A DNA stretch of 64,000 nucleotides from an uncultured bacterium (GTDB lineage Bacteria > Chloroflexota > UBA5177 > JANWHV01), in NCBI GenBank assembly GCA_963729625.1, contig CAVSOU010000010.1, positions 640,001 through 704,000 on the forward strand. The letters run 5' to 3'. The notes below the pieces were generated by a model. The model ran no database searches, was not told the origin of the DNA, and was given only the letters and a program-made list of their open reading frames with translations. Below, one piece after another: positions 63,897-64,000 of the stretch (position 1 is the stretch's first letter; each line of letters opens with the position of its first letter). The position numbers were made by a program, and so were the translations under genes.

Positions 63897-64000
63897 ATCT
63901 GTTTGCTGGCCGTCCACCATGGACGGTGCAGGCGTCCCCAAGCGCAGTATTCGTTTTGCCTGCAGTTTGACCGGCATCTGGCCCTTCGCTATCATGTCGG

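Larger units (their letters stand above)
49625..64000. mobile_element. Probable degenerate genomic island at tRNA-Gly (right boundary not seen)
   Basis: Integrase remnants next to the tRNA 3' end, then accessory genes and several pseudogenes; no attR found by eye. Confidence 0.5.

Overview
GC-rich bacterial chromosome segment, most likely from a Chloroflexota-type organism. This is inferred from 16S features, a tRNA-Ile-only rRNA spacer and gene content. About 1-49.6 kb is core genome: rpsR, a PrsA/SurA-like foldase, ddl, clpS, purA, rnj, valS, murJ, a complete 16S-tRNA-Ile-23S-5S operon, a DUF2232-EcfA-EcfA'-EcfT transporter, an orphan histidine kinase, dinB, rnz, a Crp regulator, a Ser/Thr kinase, iscS, plsX, gyrB and tRNA-Phe/tRNA-Gly. 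Downstream of tRNA-Gly lies an accessory, decaying island-like region. It holds two tyrosine-integrase remnants, an epoxide hydrolase, a large Agd3-like (CE18) secreted deacetylase, type III glutamine synthetase, a sugar isomerase, two broken genes and a GH30 hydrolase. The most interesting unannotated signals are three. (1) A minus-strand transcription unit at about 32075-32500 with a near-consensus promoter, a hairpin-sequestered RBS, a 17-aa peptide and about 280 nt of multi-helix RNA. (2) A candidate C-rich-loop sRNA at about 17195-17320 behind three 11-bp-spaced GTTAAG boxes. (3) Convergent with that sRNA, a protein with tandem replication-initiator-like wHTH domains and a C-terminal DnaA-N-like domain. 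All family assignments come from motif recognition by eye; no searches were run.
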